A DNA stretch of 64,000 nucleotides from Ignisphaera sp. (GCA_038889075.1 JAWAHS010000003.1:113719-177718), one strand, 5' to 3'. Shown: positions 46,727 to 57,954, counted from the first letter of the stretch. Translations and numbers: made by a program. Notes: a model not told the origin generated them from the letters alone.

Positions 46727-48793
46727 TCATGTCACTGGAGCATAGCATCCTTCTCTAACTTGATAGATTAGACCTTCCTTTCTCATTTTATTTAGAGCTT
46801 CCTCAACAAACCTATCATCAATGTTTTGTTCACGAGTTTTGGCTATGATACTTTTTATCTTAGCGCATCCTTCCGTTGCTGTCAGACTGCGAATTGCTTC
46901 TTCTATTATAAGCATTTTTTCACGCTGAGATTTTGGTTTACCCGTCATAATGGTATCTATGTCAATCTCACCGCTTTCAACATCTATGCCAACACTTTCA
47001 AGCATACTTTTCATAAGCCTTATAGCTTCAGCTGCATCCTCTTCTGTTACTTCATTTTTCAACGCCATCTTACTATGGGCTTCGGCAAGACGTATTAATG
47101 CTTCATATTGCCGTGCCGTTATGGCAATTGGCGACTCTGGTGTTTCAAGACTTCTCCTCCTCATTTCAATAAAGAAGCTTTCTAACATTTTCCTCGCTTC
47201 TTCAGTTAATACTGGCTTGATGTATTTTCTCGCATATGCAATATACTTTCGCAATGTTTCAATATCTATGAATGGTTTCACCACCTCGCTATAGCTATGA
47301 ACCGATGAAATATGTCGTGCCAATCTGGCATCTTTTTCAGGATTAGGAATGTCCTTTATTACAAATATCAAGTCGAATCTTGATAATATTGTAGGTGGTA
47401 GGTTTACATTTTCAGTTATAGATCTACTAGGAAGATACCTTCCATATCTTGGATTTCCAGCAGCTAAAACTGACGTCCTAGCATTTAATCTTGCTACAAT
47501 TCCTGCTTTAGCTATGGATATTGTTTGCTGCTCCATAGCTTCATGAATGGCGACCCTATCTTCTTCTCTCATCTTATCAATTTCATCTATACAAGCAACA
47601 CCTCCATCTGCTAATACCAGTGCTCCTGCTTCAAGATAATATTCTCCACTCTGCTTCTCTCTTATTACAGCAGCAGTTAATCCTGCTGCTGTGGCTCCCT
47701 TGCCAGTGGTATAGATAGCTCTTGGAGCTATGCGTGAGACGTATTGAAGAAGTTGTGACTTTGCCGTTCCTGGATCACCTATAATGAGAACGTGTATATC
47801 GCCTCGAATTTTAGTTCCATCCTGTAATACCTTTTGATTACCACCAAACAGGAGTAGTGCAATAGCCTCCTTTAGATCCCATAATCCATGTATAGCTGGA
47901 GCTATAGATGCTATAATCTTCCTTCTTATCAAGGGATCCCTAGCAAGTTCTTTGATTTTTTCTTCGTCCTCTTTAGTAATCTCTATTTCTTCTAACATAC
48001 GCTGAGAAACGATGACATTGTTAGCTTCAAGAAATACATCGTATAGACTCTTAACTCTCTTAGTTCCACCCCCTCTAAGTTTTAATACACCTACCACAAC
48101 GACTCTATCACCAGGTCTTGCAACATCTACAAGAACATCGTATACGTCTACTTCTAGTGATCTAGGCATCCTACCAGCTGGCATCTCCTCAGGCTTTTCT
48201 TGAATGACTATTCTCTGAAAATCGCGGTATTTGGATCTTTCCTCAATAAGTCTCCAATTACCACTAGATCTCTGACATATGGGGCATAACATAGGCTTAT
48301 CTATAACATCACCAGCTACAGGAACATACACTTCTCCACCACATTCATGGATAAATAAAGCTTCAGTCATTTTCTGTTTTGGAGGTGTTGCTCTTACCAC
48401 TATACCCTCTACCGCTACCAGCTTGCCTATCAATGAGCTTCTTATATCTCTTATTTTATAGAGTAGAGGTACCTCCCTAAAGCGTGGAACTATTCTAGGA
48501 ACTCTATCTAAATACTCAGGATACTCTATTTCTATTATATGTCTTACTACTTCAGCAAATTTTACTATAGCTGTTTCAGGTTCTTTAACTATGTATTCCT
48601 CTGCCAACTTTGGATTATAGTTAACGATATCTATAAAACTAATTTCAATATCATATCTGTCCTCTAAAATCATCTTCCTTATTAGCTCCCTATATTTATG
48701 TTTCCCAGAACCATCCCTATAATTTAATAGAAAATCTTCTATCTCACTAAAATAATCATGTACCACTAGCGCATCGGTACTACTACTAGCCAT
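46727..48793 (-). CDS. mcm: Replicative helicase MCM
   Basis: GDPGTAKSQ, CIDEIDKM, LSRFDL, ITARQ; zinc motif HECG...CPIC; no intein. Confidence 0.97.
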   Translation of the reverse strand: MASSSTDALVVHDYFSEIEDFLLNYRDGSGKHKYRELIRKMILEDRYDIEISFIDIVNYNPKLAEEYIVKEPETAIVKFAEVVRHIIEIEYPEYLDRVPRIVPRFREVPLLYKIRDIRSSLIGKLVAVEGIVVRATPPKQKMTEALFIHECGGEVYVPVAGDVIDKPMLCPICQRSSGNWRLIEERSKYRDFQRIVIQEKPEEMPAGRMPRSLEVDVYDVLVDVARPGDRVVVVGVLKLRGGGTKRVKSLYDVFLEANNVIVSQRMLEEIEITKEDEEKIKELARDPLIRRKIIASIAPAIHGLWDLKEAIALLLFGGNQKVLQDGTKIRGDIHVLIIGDPGTAKSQLLQYVSRIAPRAIYTTGKGATAAGLTAAVIREKQSGEYYLEAGALVLADGGVACIDEIDKMREEDRVAIHEAMEQQTISIAKAGIVARLNARTSVLAAGNPRYGRYLPSRSITENVNLPPTILSRFDLIFVIKDIPNPEKDARLARHISSVHSYSEVVKPFIDIETLRKYIAYARKYIKPVLTEEARKMLESFFIEMRRRSLETPESPIAITARQYEALIRLAEAHSKMALKNEVTEEDAAEAIRLMKSMLESVGIDVESGEIDIDTIMTGKPKSQREKMLIIEEAIRSLTATEGCAKIKSIIAKTREQNIDDRFVEEALNKMRKEGLIYQVREGCYAPVT

Positions 48794-48798
48794 ACTTG

Positions 48799-49335
48799 TT
48801 ATCTTACCTCAGCAAATTTTTGTAGCCAATGAGATAATATTTTCCTAAATTTATTTATAAGTACTTTCTCTTCAATTGTTAATTCCTTTTCTATCATATC
48901 AACTCCTTTTAATTGTATAGCTTTAAAAATAGTAGAAAGTCTTATATTGGTGATTTCAGTGAAATCCTCCTTCATTCTCTCTATAGATTTTAATAGAACT
49001 ATATCACCTAATCGCTTTGCCTCCAGTTCTAGCGTTTCTATATTCACCCTTGCTTTAATAAAGAAGTATTCGTCAAGTTTTGATAGTCGACCCCTTTGCT
49101 GGGTGTGCATAAAACGTAGCCTAGCTAAGTCTTGAGGTGTAAGAGAGTCGTCTAAAATTTCAACATAGTTTTTCTTTTCAAGGATTTCGGCTAGCCATCG
49201 AGGTAATACAGCTTCAGAACCTTTATAAAGTGGTGAAACGAGCAAAGGTATCTCTCCTATAGGCCTCAACACCATAGCCCTTACTGGTGCTATACTGTAT
49301 AGGAGGTCGAGCAATTCCGTATCAACTAATGTCAT
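48799..49335 (-). CDS. gins: GINS complex subunit Gins23
   Basis: LPRWLAEIL, KLDEYFF, LTIEEK; immediately upstream of mcm. Confidence 0.85.
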   Translation of the reverse strand: MTLVDTELLDLLYSIAPVRAMVLRPIGEIPLLVSPLYKGSEAVLPRWLAEILEKKNYVEILDDSLTPQDLARLRFMHTQQRGRLSKLDEYFFIKARVNIETLELEAKRLGDIVLLKSIERMKEDFTEITNIRLSTIFKAIQLKGVDMIEKELTIEEKVLINKFRKILSHWLQKFAEVR

Positions 49336-49482
49336 GTGCTCACCTCACCAAATCTCTAAATATAATATATAAAATTGGAGTTTAAAATAGTTGTAGCATA
49401 ACTCCGTGGTCATATTGTGGCGAAAGGTTCTTAGCCTTTTATAGGAGATATCAGTAGAGTATAGGAAAATTTAGGTGATACT

Positions 49483-50454
49483 TTGAGTGAGAAATTTATA
49501 GAGCTCCTATGGGCTGAAAAATATAGACCAAGATCGCTAAAGGATATTGTAAATCAAGAGGAAATTGTTAAAAGACTATTAAAATTTGTAGAGGAGAGAA
49601 ACATGCCCCATCTTCTTTTTGCTGGACCACCAGGTACCGGAAAAACTACTGCGGCCTTGGCTTTAGCATACGATCTTTATGGTAATGAATTGAGGAGATA
49701 TGTACTGGAGCTTAATGCTAGCGACGAGAGGGGCATTACTGTAATAAGAAATAAGGTTAAAGAATTTGCACGAAGTAAATTACCTGGCGATGTTCCATTT
49801 AAGATAGTAATACTAGATGAGGCAGATAATATGACTGCTGATGCTCAACAGGCCCTTAGAAGAATAATGGAAATGTACGTAGAAACTACCAGATTTATAT
49901 TGATAGCAAACTATGCAAGTAAGATCATAGATCCCATACAATCTAGATGTGCCTCCTTTAGATTTGCCCCATTGAAAAAGGACGATGTCATAGGAAGATT
50001 ACAGTGGATATGCAAGCAGGAAAGTATCAAGTGTTTAAATGATGGTCTAGAAGTTATATATGAAATTAGTGGAGGTGATATGAGAAAAGCAATAAATCTT
50101 CTTCAATCAACTGCTGCGTTAGGAGAAATAAATGTTGGTAATGTTTATAAAGTTGTAGGACTGGCTCATCCAAGAGAGATTAGAGAGATAATAAATCTTG
50201 CACTATCAGGTAAATTTATTGAAGCTAGAGATAAGCTGAGAGATCTAATGGTTGTATACGGTTTAAGTGGCACAGATGTTATTAAACAAATGCATCGTGA
50301 GATATTCTCAGCAGATGTAAAGCTCTCTGAAGAAGTTAGAGTGATTCTAGCTGACTATATTGGCGAAATTCACTTCAGGATTATAGAAGGTGCTGATGAT
50401 GAAATACAGCTTACAGCTTTGTTGGCTAGAATTGCATTGCTCAGTAAAAAATGA
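49483..50454 (+). CDS. rfcS: Replication factor C small subunit
   Basis: WAEKYRP, GPPGTGKT, ELNASDERG, DEAD, QSRC. Confidence 0.96.
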   Translation: MSEKFIELLWAEKYRPRSLKDIVNQEEIVKRLLKFVEERNMPHLLFAGPPGTGKTTAALALAYDLYGNELRRYVLELNASDERGITVIRNKVKEFARSKLPGDVPFKIVILDEADNMTADAQQALRRIMEMYVETTRFILIANYASKIIDPIQSRCASFRFAPLKKDDVIGRLQWICKQESIKCLNDGLEVIYEISGGDMRKAINLLQSTAALGEINVGNVYKVVGLAHPREIREIINLALSGKFIEARDKLRDLMVVYGLSGTDVIKQMHREIFSADVKLSEEVRVILADYIGEIHFRIIEGADDEIQLTALLARIALLSKK

Positions 50455-50487
50455 TTTTGAGAACACAAATAATATAGGGATTAAGAA

Positions 50488-51897
50488 TTGAGTCATGACC
50501 AAAGAATTCCATGGGTTATAAAATATAGACCTAAAAACCTAATGGAAATAGCCGACCAGGAAGAGGCTAAGTCCAAGGTACTGGAATGGCTCAATAAATG
50601 GCCTAATGTGCCAAAAAAGGCTCTTTTACTTTATGGGCCACCTGGATGTGGCAAAACATCACTTGTTGAGGCTATAGCTAATGAATATGGCTACGAACTT
50701 ATAGAAATGAATGCAAGTGATTTTAGAAGAAAAACAGATATAGAAAGAATAGCGTTAAGAGCATCTACATCCCAAAGCCTTTTTGGATTTAGCAGAAAGA
50801 TAATATTGCTTGATGAAATCGACGGTATTTCATCAAAGGAAGATGAAGGAGCTCTAGAAGCAGTCCAAGAATTGGTAGAGAAGACCAGTGTACCTATAAT
50901 TATGACGGCTAATAATCCGTGGGATCAAAATTTGAGGATTTTAAGGGATCTAGCAGAATTTGTTCAATTCAAAAAATTGACAAAATCTGTTATGAAGAAC
51001 GTGCTCATGAAAATATGTAGAGTTGAAAAGATGGTGTGCAATGAAGATGCTATAGATTATATAATAGAAAAGTCAGAGGGAGATTTGAGGGCAGCTATAA
51101 ACGATTTGCAGTCAATAGGTGAGGGGTTTTCGGAAGTAACGTTAGAAAGAGCTAAACTATTACTAAGACCACGTGATAAGGAGAAAGATCCCTTTGAGAC
51201 TCTACGAAGCATATTCGCAGCAAACTATGCATGGCAAGCTAAAACTGTTGCAAACCAAACACAGCTAGACCATGAACAACTAAAAATGTGGCTAGAGGAA
51301 AATATACCGTTACAGTATACGGATCTAGAAGATTTGAAAAGGGCTTACGAATTTCTAAGTAAAGCAGATTTATACATTGGAAGAATAGTGAAATCTGGTG
51401 ATTGGGACTTGCTAACATATGCAATGGATCTAATGACCGCAGGAATAGCAGTAGCAGCAAAGAACAATACTAAGGATAAGTATAGATGGATTAAGTATAG
51501 TTTTCCACAAAGAATTTTACTAGCAAGTAGATTAAAGGAAATGCGAAATATTAGAGATGACCTTGCACAAGTATTGGCACAACATCTTCACATATCCACA
51601 TCTACAGCTAAAAATGAGATTATACCACTTCTAAAGACAATTTTTACTGTGAATCCTTTAAAGGCCGCTAAAATAGCTCTAAGCCTAGGACTTAGTGAAA
51701 AGATCGTTGAATATCTTGCAGGAGCCAATAAGAACGCTGTTTTAGAATATTATAGAGAATTGAAGAAAAATATAATATCACAAAATCAGTTCAAACACTC
51801 TAGACCTACAGAAAGAGACCAAATTGATATTCAAAAGGATAACTTAAATAAAGGCTCTAAAAAAGACCGGGATCTGTTTGCATTTACAAAGAAATAA
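50488..51897 (+). CDS. rfcL: Replication factor C large subunit
   Basis: PWVIKYRP, GPPGCGKT, EMNASD, GDLRAAINDLQ; C-terminal PIP-like DLFAF. Confidence 0.95.
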   Translation: MSHDQRIPWVIKYRPKNLMEIADQEEAKSKVLEWLNKWPNVPKKALLLYGPPGCGKTSLVEAIANEYGYELIEMNASDFRRKTDIERIALRASTSQSLFGFSRKIILLDEIDGISSKEDEGALEAVQELVEKTSVPIIMTANNPWDQNLRILRDLAEFVQFKKLTKSVMKNVLMKICRVEKMVCNEDAIDYIIEKSEGDLRAAINDLQSIGEGFSEVTLERAKLLLRPRDKEKDPFETLRSIFAANYAWQAKTVANQTQLDHEQLKMWLEENIPLQYTDLEDLKRAYEFLSKADLYIGRIVKSGDWDLLTYAMDLMTAGIAVAAKNNTKDKYRWIKYSFPQRILLASRLKEMRNIRDDLAQVLAQHLHISTSTAKNEIIPLLKTIFTVNPLKAAKIALSLGLSEKIVEYLAGANKNAVLEYYRELKKNIISQNQFKHSRPTERDQIDIQKDNLNKGSKKDRDLFAFTKK

Positions 51898-51907
51898 TAA
51901 TGATGTA

Positions 51908-52237
51908 CTAAATCGTTTTAACACTATTCAATATATTCAGCATGGCTCTGACAACTTCATTGTTACAATTCAGTTGTATCAGCCTAATTCTTCCCAGCTT
52001 TATTTCGTGAATCATATTAAGTGCCCTCATGTATTCGATACATTTTATTATAGTTGAATAGTTACTATTTAGATTTGATATTATTGAGGTTATATTGAGG
52101 GTTTTATCCTTTGTGGAATTGAGTAGCGCTGCTATTGCCCACACACAAGGCTTTCCAATAATGTATGCTCTATTCTTTAATTTAATTAATTCATTAGCTT
52201 CATAGACGTTTTGAATATTTTCTATATACCTATACAA
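51908..52237 (-). CDS. Winged-helix DNA-binding protein
   Basis: LNITSII...NYSTIIKCIEYM...IHEIKLGRIRLI; downstream of cdc6. Confidence 0.7.
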   Translation of the reverse strand: MYRYIENIQNVYEANELIKLKNRAYIIGKPCVWAIAALLNSTKDKTLNITSIISNLNSNYSTIIKCIEYMRALNMIHEIKLGRIRLIQLNCNNEVVRAMLNILNSVKTI

Positions 52238-52262
52238 AAATTACTCCCTATCACTACACAGG

Positions 52263-53501
52263 TTAAAGGATGTTTCTTTCAGTATCCAATTTCTTACTAA
52301 TCAGCTCATCTATACGTTTTTCAAGAGCATCTAGAGGTGCGACTATCGAAAGCAATGTTGTACGACCTCTTAAACCTTTTCCAGAAAGTTTAGCGTTTAT
52401 TATATTCATATGCTTAAGGTTATTAACATATTCGTATATTTGTGTATGTTTCCTAGGCTTAATATTATACAATTGACATATATATTTGTATTCTTCTTCC
52501 ACTTCACCTATCCTTACAAAAGAAGTTGCTCTCGCTCTGAGTGTTCTTATCAACGCTTTTACTAATAAAAGTTCGTGCAATTGTAGAAAATTGAGTTCAT
52601 CAGATACTTTTATTATATCAGGATGTGTTATACCTAGTGCTTTTCTTACATGTTCTAATAAAACTCTGTGCGAACCTTCATGTTCCGCTGCCTCTCCTGC
52701 AAGTAATAGTACCTCGATAGCTGATCTCGCATTTCCTTCACCTCCCTTGTCAATACCTTCGTTCTCTGCTATGAATCTTATTACCTCATCATCTACGGTA
52801 CCTTCATAAAATGCTAAATCTCTTCTTTGAATAAGGATGTCATATAACTCTTTAGATCTATATTGCTCAAATTTAATTAGATGTTTTAGAATATAGCTTT
52901 CAGTCGTAGGATCCAATGTACCAAGTGCTGATGTATCTCTAGCTATAAATATAAAGCTTAATCTCTTTTTAACATCAGGGTATTCATCGTATAGGCGTAC
53001 TAAAAAGTAAACAGCATCATTTCCAGCAGTATAGATGAAATAGTCGAATTCGTCTAGAGTAACGATAGTGTATACATTATGCTTTTCTATATAGCTTAGT
53101 AAAGCGATCATCATTTCTCGAGGTGATAGCCCCCTCAACGGTATTGGAATGCCCAACTGTCTTATAATCTCAGAAATTACTTCATATAGAGTTCTATCCC
53201 TGTGACAGTTAACATGAACATACCTTAAATCAATGCCCCGTTCTTTTGCTAAGTGCTTAATTTCATTGCCAAAGACCCTTGCTGTAATAGTCTTTCCTAC
53301 ACCTACACCACCAACAAGCATTGCTCTTAGCGATACAGTACCTGGAGATGTGATTAGCGATTTAAAAATCTCACCTAATTGCTTAATATGCATCTCTCTA
53401 TGCGGAAGTGTAGGTGGAACAAACTCAGGATACAATGCATCCTTATTTTTAAATACCGTTACACGTTTGATAACACTTTCAAGCACGTCACGAATACTCA
53501 T
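52263..53501 (-). CDS. cdc6: Orc1/Cdc6 family protein (Cdc6-2-like by synteny with rfc/gins/mcm)
   Basis: LPHRE, GGVGVGKT, LDEFD, GNARSAI, C-terminal wHTH GRTT. Confidence 0.93.
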   Translation of the reverse strand: MSIRDVLESVIKRVTVFKNKDALYPEFVPPTLPHREMHIKQLGEIFKSLITSPGTVSLRAMLVGGVGVGKTITARVFGNEIKHLAKERGIDLRYVHVNCHRDRTLYEVISEIIRQLGIPIPLRGLSPREMMIALLSYIEKHNVYTIVTLDEFDYFIYTAGNDAVYFLVRLYDEYPDVKKRLSFIFIARDTSALGTLDPTTESYILKHLIKFEQYRSKELYDILIQRRDLAFYEGTVDDEVIRFIAENEGIDKGGEGNARSAIEVLLLAGEAAEHEGSHRVLLEHVRKALGITHPDIIKVSDELNFLQLHELLLVKALIRTLRARATSFVRIGEVEEEYKYICQLYNIKPRKHTQIYEYVNNLKHMNIINAKLSGKGLRGRTTLLSIVAPLDALEKRIDELISKKLDTERNIL

Positions 53502-53702
53502 AATTATATTCACCTAACCTAAGTAGATTTAGGATTAGAAGGATAATTAAGCTTCGTGTTTGATATACTGTAAACCTATCCAAAAATTTTAGTAACCATT
53601 ATCCACAAATTAATACAAAGTAGTTTAATTTCTTAGGATTGATGAAGTTGGTAAGAAGGATTTTTTAAGCATATTTGATTAGCTAATACTTAGCTAGTCT
53701 AG

Positions 53703-53770
53703 ATGATGATTCCCTCGGCTAAATATGAAGAGAAGACAATCTGATGATTAGTCTTTGGACTACCCGCTGA
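53703..53770 (+). ncRNA. Box C/D guide sRNA candidate (compound) with 16S rRNA guide
   Basis: ATGATGA...CTAA..ATGAAGA...CTGATGA...GGACTACCCG-CTGA; last guide complements archaeal 16S CGGGUAGUCC. Confidence 0.65.
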
Positions 53771-53853
53771 AACGCATTGAATTATGTAGCATTTTTGAAA
53801 ATCGCTTTTTAATGCGATTCTGCACTCTACTTATGTAGAATAGGTGGTTAACT

Positions 53854-54585
53854 ATGTCGTTCATGCCTGCTGCAATGGGCTATGATAGAGCTTTAACAAT
53901 ATTTTCACCTGATGGAAAACTCTACCAGGTGGAGTATGCTGCAGAAGCTGTTAGAAGAGGATGGACATCATTAGGATTAAGGTCAGAACACGGTATTGTA
54001 CTTATTGCTGAAAGAAGAAAGGTTGCTCCCTTACATGACGTATCGAATCTAGAGAAGGTATTTATTGTAGATTCCCACATTGGAGCAACATTTTCAGGTC
54101 TTGGTCACGATGGCAGAGTACTCATAGATTATGCAAGGCTAATAGCTGTAAGACATAAATTAACATTTGATGAACCGATAGATATCGAATTTCTAGCTAG
54201 AACTATATGTGATATAAAACAAGCATATACACAGCAAGGAGGTGTGAGACCATTTGGTGTTTCACTAATATTTGGTGGTATAGATAGAAAGGGTGTAGAG
54301 CTCGTAAAAACTGAACCAAGTGGGCTATACTTTAGATATTATGGTGTTGCCGCCGGAGCTGGTGAACAAGCAGTTCTAAGCTATCTTGAAAAGCACTATA
54401 GTAACAGTTTAACTGTCGAGGAAATGGTGATACTGGGTCTAAGGGCACTCAGAGCTGCTTTAGAGGAGCCGCTGAAGCCTGAAAGAGTAGAGATAGGCTT
54501 TATAGATAGAGACACAAAAGTGTTTAGAAAGGCCTCAACTGAGGAGATATTAACTTTCTTAGAAAAAGCGGGTGTCACTACGTGA
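53854..54585 (+). CDS. psmA: Proteasome alpha subunit
   Basis: [30 protein letters not shown]. Confidence 0.97.
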   Translation: MSFMPAAMGYDRALTIFSPDGKLYQVEYAAEAVRRGWTSLGLRSEHGIVLIAERRKVAPLHDVSNLEKVFIVDSHIGATFSGLGHDGRVLIDYARLIAVRHKLTFDEPIDIEFLARTICDIKQAYTQQGGVRPFGVSLIFGGIDRKGVELVKTEPSGLYFRYYGVAAGAGEQAVLSYLEKHYSNSLTVEEMVILGLRALRAALEEPLKPERVEIGFIDRDTKVFRKASTEEILTFLEKAGVTT

Positions 54586-55280
54586 GTAAAAAGGAGTACG
54601 TTATTGCTAGAATGAATGTTAAGGGAAAGAGATTTGAAATTCTTGTAGATCCTGAAAAGGCCTATAGATTTAGAGAGGGGGAAAATTTACCCTTAGAGGA
54701 GATTGTTATCAGCGACTACATATATAAAGACGTTAAAAAAGGATTAAAGGCTTCACCCAACGAACTTGTTGATACATTTGGTACTGATGACATGTATAAA
54801 ATTGCTAATGAAATAATTAAGAATGGTGAACTACAGTTAACTGCTGAACAGAGGAGGGAACTTCTCGAAATGAAGAAAAAGCAGATTATATACTACATTT
54901 CAAGGTCTGCAGTAGATCCTAAGACTAAGACTCCTATACCTCCAACACGTATTGAAAAAGCAATTGATGAAGTTAAGGTTGGTATTGATCTCTATAAATC
55001 TGTTGAAGAACAAGTGCCTAATATAGTTAAGGCTATATCAAAGGTATTACCAATTAAAATTGCTAAAGCTTTAATGCAGATAACAATACCTTCCGAATTT
55101 GCTCGTAAGGCTGTTAGCCAGGTGTTAAAGCTAGGTGAGGTTAAGAAGAATATATGGCTTGCAGATGGATCATTTTTGGTTGAACTTGAAATTCCGGCAG
55201 GTCTACAAAATGAGCTAATAGAAAAAATAAATACATTAACAAAAGGAAGGGCAAATGTTAAGGTGTTAAGCGTTGTATGA
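54582..55280 (+). CDS. Ribosome maturation factor SBDS/Sdo1
   Basis: [35 protein letters not shown]. Confidence 0.95.
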   Translation: MSKKEYVIARMNVKGKRFEILVDPEKAYRFREGENLPLEEIVISDYIYKDVKKGLKASPNELVDTFGTDDMYKIANEIIKNGELQLTAEQRRELLEMKKKQIIYYISRSAVDPKTKTPIPPTRIEKAIDEVKVGIDLYKSVEEQVPNIVKAISKVLPIKIAKALMQITIPSEFARKAVSQVLKLGEVKKNIWLADGSFLVELEIPAGLQNELIEKINTLTKGRANVKVLSVV

Positions 55281-56022
55281 GACTCTTGAAGCAAAGGAGA
55301 AAAGAATGCTAGCAATCCCTGGGGACACCGTTACCTTAGATCAAAATACCACTATAGATGGTTCCATCTATCTATACAAAAGAAATGAAAACACTTACAG
55401 CATTACTGTTACGGCTCTAGTTGATATTGAACTTATAGAGAATAGAAAAAGGATAAGAGTAATACCACTTAAGGGAAGATACATACCTAAAGAAGGAGAT
55501 GTAATTGTTGGAATTGTAATCGATGCCACGCTCTCCTCATGGATTATCGATATAAACTCTCCGTACTCAGCAATACTGTATGCATATGATTATATTGGTA
55601 AAAACTTTAATCCTACTGTTGAAAACATAAGAAGATACCTTGACATAGGTGATGTCATTCTCGCTAAAGTAGTTCAGTTTGAGAGATCTAGGGGGGCAGT
55701 GTTAACTGTTCAAGATAAAGGTCTTGGAAAAATAACCAGCGGATCGTTAGTAGAGATCGAACCATGTAAAGTGGCTAGAGTTATAGGCAAGAAGAAATCT
55801 ATGCTAAATATGTTAATAGAACAAACAAAATGTGAAATATTTGTTGGTAACAATGGTAGAATACTCCTTAAATGTCCTAATCTTGAACTAGAGTATATTG
55901 CTATTTTAGCTATCAAGAAGATTGAAAACGAAGCTCATACAACAGGACTCACTGAAAGAATTAAAGATTTTGTCATTGAAGAAAAAGTGAAACGGGGTTT
56001 AATAAAGTATGAAATTAAATAA
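55273..56022 (+). CDS. rrp4: Exosome RNA-binding subunit Rrp4
   Basis: [12 protein letters not shown]1 domain, RVIGKK KH domain, VGNNGRI. Confidence 0.93.
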   Translation: MYETLEAKEKRMLAIPGDTVTLDQNTTIDGSIYLYKRNENTYSITVTALVDIELIENRKRIRVIPLKGRYIPKEGDVIVGIVIDATLSSWIIDINSPYSAILYAYDYIGKNFNPTVENIRRYLDIGDVILAKVVQFERSRGAVLTVQDKGLGKITSGSLVEIEPCKVARVIGKKKSMLNMLIEQTKCEIFVGNNGRILLKCPNLELEYIAILAIKKIENEAHTTGLTERIKDFVIEEKVKRGLIKYEIK

Positions 56023-56737
56023 GACTAAACTTGTAACTGAAGATGGAAGGAGAATCGATGGGAGACGGCCGGATGAATTAAGACCGATAAGAATTGATAT
56101 AGGAGTACTTAAAAATGCTGATGGCTCGGCAATCGTTGAATATGGTAATACGAAGGTACTTGCAGCCGTATATGGTCCTCGAGAAGTTGTACCCAGACAC
56201 GAAGAACTCGCTGATAGGGCCATCGTTAGATGCAGATATAGAATGCTCTCATTTTCAACCACAGGTGAGAGAAAGAGTCCTGCACCGAGTCGACGTGAAA
56301 TAGAACTTTCTAAAGTTATACGAGAAGCACTCGAACCCGCAATATTGAGCAGCCAATTTCCGCGTACTGCCATAGACATATTCATAGAGGTAATCAATGC
56401 CGATGGAGGAACTAGAACAGCGGGGATAACGGCTGCTGCAGTAGCATTAGCAGATGCTGGAATTCCTATGTTGGATCTCGTTGCTGCAGTAGCTGTCGGA
56501 AAATTAGATGGTGTATTAGTTGTTGATTTAAATGGTATAGAGGATATGAATGGTGAAGCAGATATGCCAATAGCTATAATGCCATCCTTGGGAAGAATAA
56601 CAATGTTACAATTAAATGGAGTACTATCACCAGGAGAATTTAAGAGCGCGTTATCACTAGCTATAAGCAGTATAAACAAAATATATGAACTCCAAAAGGA
56701 GGCTCTTAGAAGAAAGTACCTTACAATTGAGGAATAG
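56009..56737 (+). CDS. rrp41: Exosome exonuclease Rrp41
   Basis: [28 protein letters not shown]. Confidence 0.96.
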   Translation: MKLNKTKLVTEDGRRIDGRRPDELRPIRIDIGVLKNADGSAIVEYGNTKVLAAVYGPREVVPRHEELADRAIVRCRYRMLSFSTTGERKSPAPSRREIELSKVIREALEPAILSSQFPRTAIDIFIEVINADGGTRTAGITAAAVALADAGIPMLDLVAAVAVGKLDGVLVVDLNGIEDMNGEADMPIAIMPSLGRITMLQLNGVLSPGEFKSALSLAISSINKIYELQKEALRRKYLTIEE

Positions 56738-56751
56738 ATATGGTGATATAA

Positions 56752-57588
56752 ATGTCGTCAACACCCGAAACGCTTCTGATACCTAAGATAAAATATAGTG
56801 CTATCTTGAATGTAATATCCAAGGGTTTTCATGTAGATAGAAGATCAGTAATGGAGTATAGACAGTTGAATATAACCTATAATGTAGCTCCAAATGCCGA
56901 TTCCTCTGTCCTACTTAGATTAGGAAATACTCAGATACTTGCTGGCATAAAGTTGGAGATAGGACAGCCATTTCCAGATAATCCTGATGAAGGGGTATTG
57001 ATAGTGAATGCGGAATATATACCTGCAGCATCCCCTGTATATGAACCTGGGCCGCCTGATGAAGACGCTATTGAGTTGGCAAGAATCATAGATAGATCTC
57101 TTAGAGAGTCAAGAGCTATAGCTCTCGATAAGCTGGTCATAACACCTGGTAAAAGGGTATGGTCTTTATGGGTGGACATATACGTGTTAGACTACGATGG
57201 AAACCTTATTGATGCATCTATGTTAGCCTCAATGGCTGCTCTTGCAAATACTTATATACCATATTATGAGGTAGATCAGACAACTGGTAGTATAAGAATA
57301 GATAGGAATAAAAAGATTATGCCTTTACCAATTAATAAGTATGTTGCCACCGTCACCATAAATAAAATAGGAGAATACATGGTGATCGATCCGACAGGTG
57401 AGGAAGAGGCTATAGCATCAGGTAGTATAACATTCTCTGTAAGTGAAGATAACTATATAGTAGGCATACAGAAAAGAGGTATGGGAACCTTTAGCACAGA
57501 TGAAATTGAAAAAGCGTTGGATGTTGCTTTAAATAAAGGAAAAGAAATGATAGAATTGCTTAAGAAACTGACTGCTGTTACTAAATAA
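56752..57588 (+). CDS. rrp42: Exosome subunit Rrp42
   Basis: PFPDNPDEG, EPGPPDE, VLDYDGNLIDA, DPTGEEE. Confidence 0.95.
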   Translation: MSSTPETLLIPKIKYSAILNVISKGFHVDRRSVMEYRQLNITYNVAPNADSSVLLRLGNTQILAGIKLEIGQPFPDNPDEGVLIVNAEYIPAASPVYEPGPPDEDAIELARIIDRSLRESRAIALDKLVITPGKRVWSLWVDIYVLDYDGNLIDASMLASMAALANTYIPYYEVDQTTGSIRIDRNKKIMPLPINKYVATVTINKIGEYMVIDPTGEEEAIASGSITFSVSEDNYIVGIQKRGMGTFSTDEIEKALDVALNKGKEMIELLKKLTAVTK

Positions 57589-57662
57589 AGATAAAGCTTT
57601 TAAGGAATATCTAAATGTTAGTACTATATTAGTATGAAGAGTATTGATATGTGGTGAATAAC

Positions 57663-57893
57663 ATGGGCAGAACAAAGGTTGTAGGCATAGCTGGTAGGTT
57701 TGGAGCTAGGTATGGTTCAAGCATCAGAAAGAAATGGAAGGAGGTTATGGAAAGAAGGTATGCGGAGTATCGGTGCCCCTATTGTGGAAGTATCACTAAA
57801 ATGTATAGAATAGCTTTTGGTATATGGGAGTGCTCAAAATGCAGATCCAGATGGGCTGGCGCTGCATATACTCCATGGACTATCGAGAAATAG
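57663..57893 (+). CDS. rpl37ae: 50S ribosomal protein L37Ae (eL43)
   Basis: MGRTKVVGIAGRFGARYG, CPYC...GIWECSKC...AGAAY. Confidence 0.95.
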   Translation: MGRTKVVGIAGRFGARYGSSIRKKWKEVMERRYAEYRCPYCGSITKMYRIAFGIWECSKCRSRWAGAAYTPWTIEK

Positions 57894-57954
57894 AATGGAG
57901 GACAAATCCACACCGATTAATTGATTAATTATTCTAACTAGGTTAGCATTAGAA

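Noticed and set aside
53514-53700. Replication origin upstream of cdc6
   Set aside because: No ORB (TCCA..GGAAA..GGGG) repeats are visible, and synteny suggests the non-initiator Cdc6-2 type.
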